Assembly (NCBI GenBank): GCA_963666205.1 | Contig: OY762654.1 | Location: 768,001-832,000, forward strand | DNA: 64,000 nucleotides | Source: Synergistales bacterium | GTDB taxonomy: Bacteria; Synergistota; Synergistia; Synergistales; JAFGMB01 | Direction of reading: 5' to 3' | In this document: positions 59,510 to 64,000 of the stretch, in pieces | Position numbering within the stretch: the first letter of the stretch is position 1 | How the letters are laid out: every line of letters begins with the position of its first letter | The notes under the pieces: model-generated | Database searches by the model: none | What the model was told of the DNA's origin: nothing | What the model saw: the letters and a program-made list of their open reading frames with translations, nothing else | Translations under genes and position numbers: made by a program

Positions 59510-60752
59510 TTATCTTAAGGATAACGCAATTTCCTGCAGGAAGGATAATACCTCTCGTGGCCGATAAAGACATTTTCTCAAGACAATTCATAGCTTCTCC
59601 GATGGAATGATATACCTGACCGGGAAAGGGAACATCCTTTTGAGGAGTTACAAGTATGGCATGGTGTGACTGAAGATCCATGACCAGCTTTAAGGCACAA
59701 AATGCAGGGATAGTAAAATTGCTCTTCAGTTCATGCAGTATCCGGTGTGGATCTCTCATGCTGATTTCAAGGGCTTCACCATAGTTCCCGGGACCGGATC
59801 CATCGTAAAGATCTGCCACCATAATAATGGTGCCACCTTCCTTTAAAGCTCCCAGAACTGCACTGACTGATTTTGTAGCCTGGTACAGGTCTATGTCATA
59901 GGGATATCCCCCGGGCGACACAATTGCCCAGTCTGCCTTCTCTTCTACCAACAAAGTCTGAAGACCTTCAGCGATGGCAACACCTCGCAGCCAGGCAGCA
60001 GTGGGATCTCCAGCCACATATCTCCAGGGTAGACCCCTTTCATCCGGGATAACATTGAGGATAAATGTTTTTTTACCTCCTAAAGCAAGTTCCGCGTACT
60101 CCATCATATCCTCATGGACAGGATTACCTTTAAGTTTCCCGCATCCGATCGAAGGGGCTAAACGTCCTCTCTCAAGGCATAGGGAATGGTTCTTGATGAT
60201 CGATCCCCTTCCGCTCACACCTGGAATTATGGCCTTTCTGCCACCACTGAAACCAGCTAGCTCATGATAGGTTATACCGCCGATAAGTACTGCAAGTTCT
60301 GCCTCAAAGACTCGTCTATGAAGGGTTACAGCATTGCCCCATGAGGTAACCAGTCCCGTATCTACAGAGGAACTGGAATCATGGCAATAAAGGTGATCCG
60401 TTTCACGCCTGGCATTTCCCAGAAGAAGATCTATCTCCTCTTTCAATGGAGGACGATGCTGTCCACCTCCTATGATCCAGTCCACACTGACAGCATTTTC
60501 AAGAGAATTCCGAACAGCCTCAGCCATGGTCCTTACATTCTGCCAGGATCTTGTGGCGTCTGGAATTACTACAGCTATGCTGGAAACTCTTTCGGCCATT
60601 GTTACAAGTCCAGGAGAACCCAGTGGGTTTTTCAGCGCTTCTTCCGGCGTATTGGAATCAATCTTCACGACCGCCCCCCTTGGACAAATGACGGAGCTTT
60701 CAAGATCAAACTCAACATGGGACTTTCCGGATAAAAGGCTATGTCTCCCCAT
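59505..60752 (-). CDS. LarA-family nickel-pincer racemase/epimerase
   Basis: PDATR, GQHR, HELAGFSGGRK, KNH and GGYPYDIDLYQATK motifs. Confidence 0.85.
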   Translation of the reverse strand: MGRHSLLSGKSHVEFDLESSVICPRGAVVKIDSNTPEEALKNPLGSPGLVTMAERVSSIAVVIPDATRSWQNVRTMAEAVRNSLENAVSVDWIIGGGQHRPPLKEEIDLLLGNARRETDHLYCHDSSSSVDTGLVTSWGNAVTLHRRVFEAELAVLIGGITYHELAGFSGGRKAIIPGVSGRGSIIKNHSLCLERGRLAPSIGCGKLKGNPVHEDMMEYAELALGGKKTFILNVIPDERGLPWRYVAGDPTAAWLRGVAIAEGLQTLLVEEKADWAIVSPGGYPYDIDLYQATKSVSAVLGALKEGGTIIMVADLYDGSGPGNYGEALEISMRDPHRILHELKSNFTIPAFCALKLVMDLQSHHAILVTPQKDVPFPGQVYHSIGEAMNCLEKMSLSATRGIILPAGNCVILKIK

Positions 60753-60770
60753 AATATTTCCCCCTGAAAT

Positions 60771-61397
60771 TCATTTATCAATACACCATCGGTAGGATGA
60801 CCTGGGACGTCCCGGTCTCCCATCCTGTAAAATACTGGTTTTCACAACCAACCCCCGGTTAGAGAGATATTCCAGATATCTGTGGGCGGTAACATAGGAG
60901 AGATCACATTTACAGGATAAATCTTCACAGGTAACATCAGTTCCGCTATCCCTTACAAAGATAATTATTCGATGTAGAGTATCACTGCTTATTCCCTTCT
61001 TGCGTTCATCCCAGTTAAGGGATCTTCTCTGAAGAACAAGTTTTCCATGAAGTCTTATTCGCGCTTTAAAATCGGCAAGGTGTATGGGCTTGGTAATAAA
61101 ATCGTCAGCTCCTGCCAGCAGAAGTTCTGAAGCAAGTTTCTCATCATCTTCTATGGTAAGGGCTATGAGTACAATTTCTCTGGATAACTGTCTGGACTTC
61201 TCTATAACCTCAAGCCCGTTCATTACAGGCATATGAAAATCTACAAGGAGTATATCGATCTCTTTACCTGATATCCATTGGAAACAGGTGTTAGGATCCG
61301 TAGCTGTGATCATGTTCCATCCCTGGGTCGAGGCCATGGCCTCCAGAGTGTAGAGTATATAAGGGTCATCGTCTATTGCACCAATATAAAGAGACAT
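60771..61397 (-). CDS. Response regulator with C-terminal wHTH (CitB/DcuR-like)
   Basis: IDDD, LLVDFHMP, FITKP; SYVTAHRYLEYL and GRP. Confidence 0.9.
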   Translation of the reverse strand: MSLYIGAIDDDPYILYTLEAMASTQGWNMITATDPNTCFQWISGKEIDILLVDFHMPVMNGLEVIEKSRQLSREIVLIALTIEDDEKLASELLLAGADDFITKPIHLADFKARIRLHGKLVLQRRSLNWDERKKGISSDTLHRIIIFVRDSGTDVTCEDLSCKCDLSYVTAHRYLEYLSNRGLVVKTSILQDGRPGRPRSSYRWCIDK

Positions 61398-61430
61398 GAT
61401 ATTCCCCCCATCCTTTATTCAGTATCTGTT

Positions 61431-62783
61431 TTAACGTGGTAATCTGAGTGTGACGATCGCTCCTCCGTCAAAACCATCGGAAAGGGTCATCTGTCCTCCG
61501 TGATCATCAATGACCTGCTTGACAAATCCCAGACCGATACCTGTAGAATCCCAGCCAGAGCAATTATGAATATAGCCTTCAGGGCCAAATCCCGGACCAT
61601 TATCAATAACGATAATTGTAACTTGACAGTTATCCGCAGAAACTTTAATTTCTATCAGCGGATCCTTTTTCGAACTTACTGCCCTGCGGGAATTATCAAG
61701 AAGATTTACCAAAGCCCTTGATAAACGAACCAGGTTAATGGATATTTCAGTGGAAAGAACACCTTGATCTGCGGTAATAAAGACATTATCCTTCCAGCCG
61801 AAGGGACTGATCTGGTTCAGAGTATAGTCCAGAAATTCAGAAAAAAGTATGTTTCTCCTGGCATTCGCATGGAGAATTTCCGAGATCATATCGTTCATAT
61901 TCCCTGCAGCTTTTGAAATAACCCCTGTATGGCAGATCATTTTTCCGGGATCGTCCAGAGCAAGTATCACATCTGTAAGACCAGTTATTGTGGTGAGGGG
62001 TCTTTTCAGGTCATGAACAAGCTGCTGGAGTTCAACCGCACCCCTGTTTCTGATATTCTCTTCTCTCAGTCGAGCCAGATTTTTTTCATTTTCACTCAGG
62101 AGAGCCATCTGTTTTAGCTGGTAACTATATGCAACCAGAAGTTCTGAAGTTATTACTCCACCGAGAAAGAGGCTGCTGAAAATAATGAAACCTGAAATAT
62201 TAAGTACCATTTCCCTATCCATCAGTGTCGCAAGCTCCTTGAGCGACATGGATAGTTCTCCCCAGCCCGCACCATAGGGTGTTAAAAGAGGTATTATATC
62301 GAACCATTGAAAGGAAAAAATGAACAGGGCAAGAGCTATTGCCTTGTTGAACCAGCCTGAAACCTCCCTTGTCATGTAATGAAGGATCAGGACACTGGCA
62401 ACACTAAGGACGGCAGGAATACCGAAATGAGGAACTATTCCCCTTCCCAGGGATGATACCAGAAGATATGACAGTGGTATGGCAAAAAGTGGGATTAACC
62501 ACGAGGAAAAGGATCTCTTCGGGAAAAACCTTGCCATACCTTCACCAAAGAGGAACCAGCCAAGATAAAGGGAAATTGCCCTCGTTGAATTTATTATGAC
62601 AAGGACAACCCCTGAGGCAAGGATGTATCCACTATCCCAATGCTCCACTGCCATATCCATAAAATGGAAGACCTTCGAAGTTGGAACAGACTGGGACATT
62701 ACCCACAGAAAAAGAAACCCCATGCCTGAAAAAAGATATTGCGAAGGAGTGTTATCTTTCCGTATCCCGGAAATATCAGCCAT
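61431..62783 (-). CDS. Multi-TM sensor histidine kinase
   Basis: Hydrophobic N-half; HDLKRPL, NLLDNS, DNGPG, GIGL. Confidence 0.9.
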   Translation of the reverse strand: MADISGIRKDNTPSQYLFSGMGFLFLWVMSQSVPTSKVFHFMDMAVEHWDSGYILASGVVLVIINSTRAISLYLGWFLFGEGMARFFPKRSFSSWLIPLFAIPLSYLLVSSLGRGIVPHFGIPAVLSVASVLILHYMTREVSGWFNKAIALALFIFSFQWFDIIPLLTPYGAGWGELSMSLKELATLMDREMVLNISGFIIFSSLFLGGVITSELLVAYSYQLKQMALLSENEKNLARLREENIRNRGAVELQQLVHDLKRPLTTITGLTDVILALDDPGKMICHTGVISKAAGNMNDMISEILHANARRNILFSEFLDYTLNQISPFGWKDNVFITADQGVLSTEISINLVRLSRALVNLLDNSRRAVSSKKDPLIEIKVSADNCQVTIIVIDNGPGFGPEGYIHNCSGWDSTGIGLGFVKQVIDDHGGQMTLSDGFDGGAIVTLRLPR

Positions 62784-63843
62784 TACTGCAAGTGTCCTTC
62801 CCCCATCTTTGATATCTCGATACTGCCAACAGGAAAATAATTATACCGGCCAGTGAATACATAGGGCTCTCCCGTCTATTGATATCCTTTTCGGGCTCTG
62901 AATCAAAAGGAATGCCTACCCTTTCTCCAAGTAACTTCAGGTTCAGAAAATGTATAACGGGAATATGGGTAGATAAAGCTCCTGCTATAACACCATTACC
63001 AGCCTTCAGTTTCTCTGAAGGAAGGATCAGGCCTCCTGGTAGATTCAGAACTTTTTCATCAGTACCAAGTGCCGACGATGATCCACCGATATTTATCAGA
63101 AGCCGGACCTGCTCTGTCTTGAGAAGATCCAGTTTTAACCTTGTCATTTCTTCCAGGTCCTTTGTCTTGATTATTTCAACATTGGCATTTCCTGCTGCCT
63201 TTTCAAGTATATCGAGACCTTCAGGTGCTATCCCGCCACCGATCTCTTCCCCACCTCCAATGGTATAGAAGGATGAAACTGTCCTTATAAAACCACCCTT
63301 CCTCAAAAGGGTTTCCATCTCAGGCCAGGGCAGATCCGGTCTGTTAGCTCCCCACGTGGACGCTCCCAGAGAGACGGCAAGGAATACTTCCAGATTCCGC
63401 TGCTCCGCGGCACAGAGAACATTAAGGAGCATGCCCGGAAAGGATCCGGAAGAATATATGGCAACTTTGTCTCCTTCTGAAAGTCCCAACTCGTCAAACC
63501 ATCTGCCGGCAACAATTGACCATCGGGGATCTCCTGCAGTCCTTTTCGAGGGCAGGCTGCCCAGCGTGGTCGTGATGGAACTCCATTCAAGACCTATGAG
63601 GCCTGTTTTCCATGGATCATATTCCGGGGCAGTTTCCATAAGGTTGGAAACCCTCCATTCATAAATAAAATCCTCGGCTCTTCTGACCCTCTCCCATAAA
63701 CGGTCTTCATCAGAAGTCAGAATGGTTCGCCCTGGAATAAACCACAAGACAAGAAGGATAAGGGTAAGAATGTAAAGCAGCCAGGAATTGGTCTGAATAA
63801 ACAGATTGTTCTTATCAAGGTATGGTAATTTCGTCTTCTTCAT
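62776..63843 (-). CDS. Poly-gamma-glutamate system protein (PgsW-like)
   Basis: TGLIGLEWSSITTTLGSL, SGSFPG, SLGASTWGAN, INIGG motifs; follows pgsC. Confidence 0.75.
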   Translation of the reverse strand: MKKTKLPYLDKNNLFIQTNSWLLYILTLILLVLWFIPGRTILTSDEDRLWERVRRAEDFIYEWRVSNLMETAPEYDPWKTGLIGLEWSSITTTLGSLPSKRTAGDPRWSIVAGRWFDELGLSEGDKVAIYSSGSFPGMLLNVLCAAEQRNLEVFLAVSLGASTWGANRPDLPWPEMETLLRKGGFIRTVSSFYTIGGGEEIGGGIAPEGLDILEKAAGNANVEIIKTKDLEEMTRLKLDLLKTEQVRLLINIGGSSSALGTDEKVLNLPGGLILPSEKLKAGNGVIAGALSTHIPVIHFLNLKLLGERVGIPFDSEPEKDINRRESPMYSLAGIIIFLLAVSRYQRWGKDTCSNG

Positions 63844-63862
63844 GTTTTAAACCCTTTCAGGC

Positions 63863-64000
63863 TCAGAATACCATGATGAAATTCCGGACCAACTCCACAG
63901 ACATGAGGGAAACCATGCTGATGGAAAGGGTGCCGGAAAGAGTCCTGAACAGGCCCTGTTTCTGTATATCGGAAGCAATAAGAGCAGGAATGACCCATCC
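63863..64000 (-). CDS. pgsC: Poly-gamma-glutamate biosynthesis protein PgsC/CapC, 3' part only
   Basis: Manual translation GWVIPALIASDIQKQGLFRTL...MVF* matches the CapC C-terminal pattern; not in the ORF track. Confidence 0.7.
   Translation of the reverse strand, partial: GWVIPALIASDIQKQGLFRTLSGTLSISMVSLMSVELVRNFIMVF

Overview
64 kb of core, metabolic bacterial chromosome, probably from an anaerobe such as a Synergistota member (inferred from gene content, not verified). I saw no rRNA, tRNA, CRISPR array, prophage or IS element. Contents: Na/Pi cotransporter with phoU; a ferritin-like gene and a pseudogenised paralog; acyl-CoA ligase; M20 amidohydrolase; thioredoxin-ccdA-nitroreductase; lysine/DAP genes (asd-dapA-dapB-dapH-lysC-class III aminotransferase, plus dapF and lysA-NhaC); umuD/umuC; two TRAP systems (one with an IlvD-family dehydratase and FadR regulator, one with a D-Ala-D-Ala dipeptidase); ddl; two two-component systems; a glycogen cluster; an AsmA-like gene; pcm; a LarA-family gene; and the 3' end of a poly-gamma-glutamate operon. 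Signals the ORF track misses: (1) two probable exported selenoproteins split at in-frame TGA codons with SECIS-like hairpins, a UxxC thioredoxin coupled to ccdA and a GUFWG MsrA; (2) three T-box leaders with Lys (AAA) specifiers, two of them a 258/260-identical tandem; (3) a UmuD lacking its N-terminal arm and both catalytic residues; (4) three unrelated 52-54 bp essentially perfect palindromes next to stop codons. All family calls come from motif recognition by eye, with no database search.
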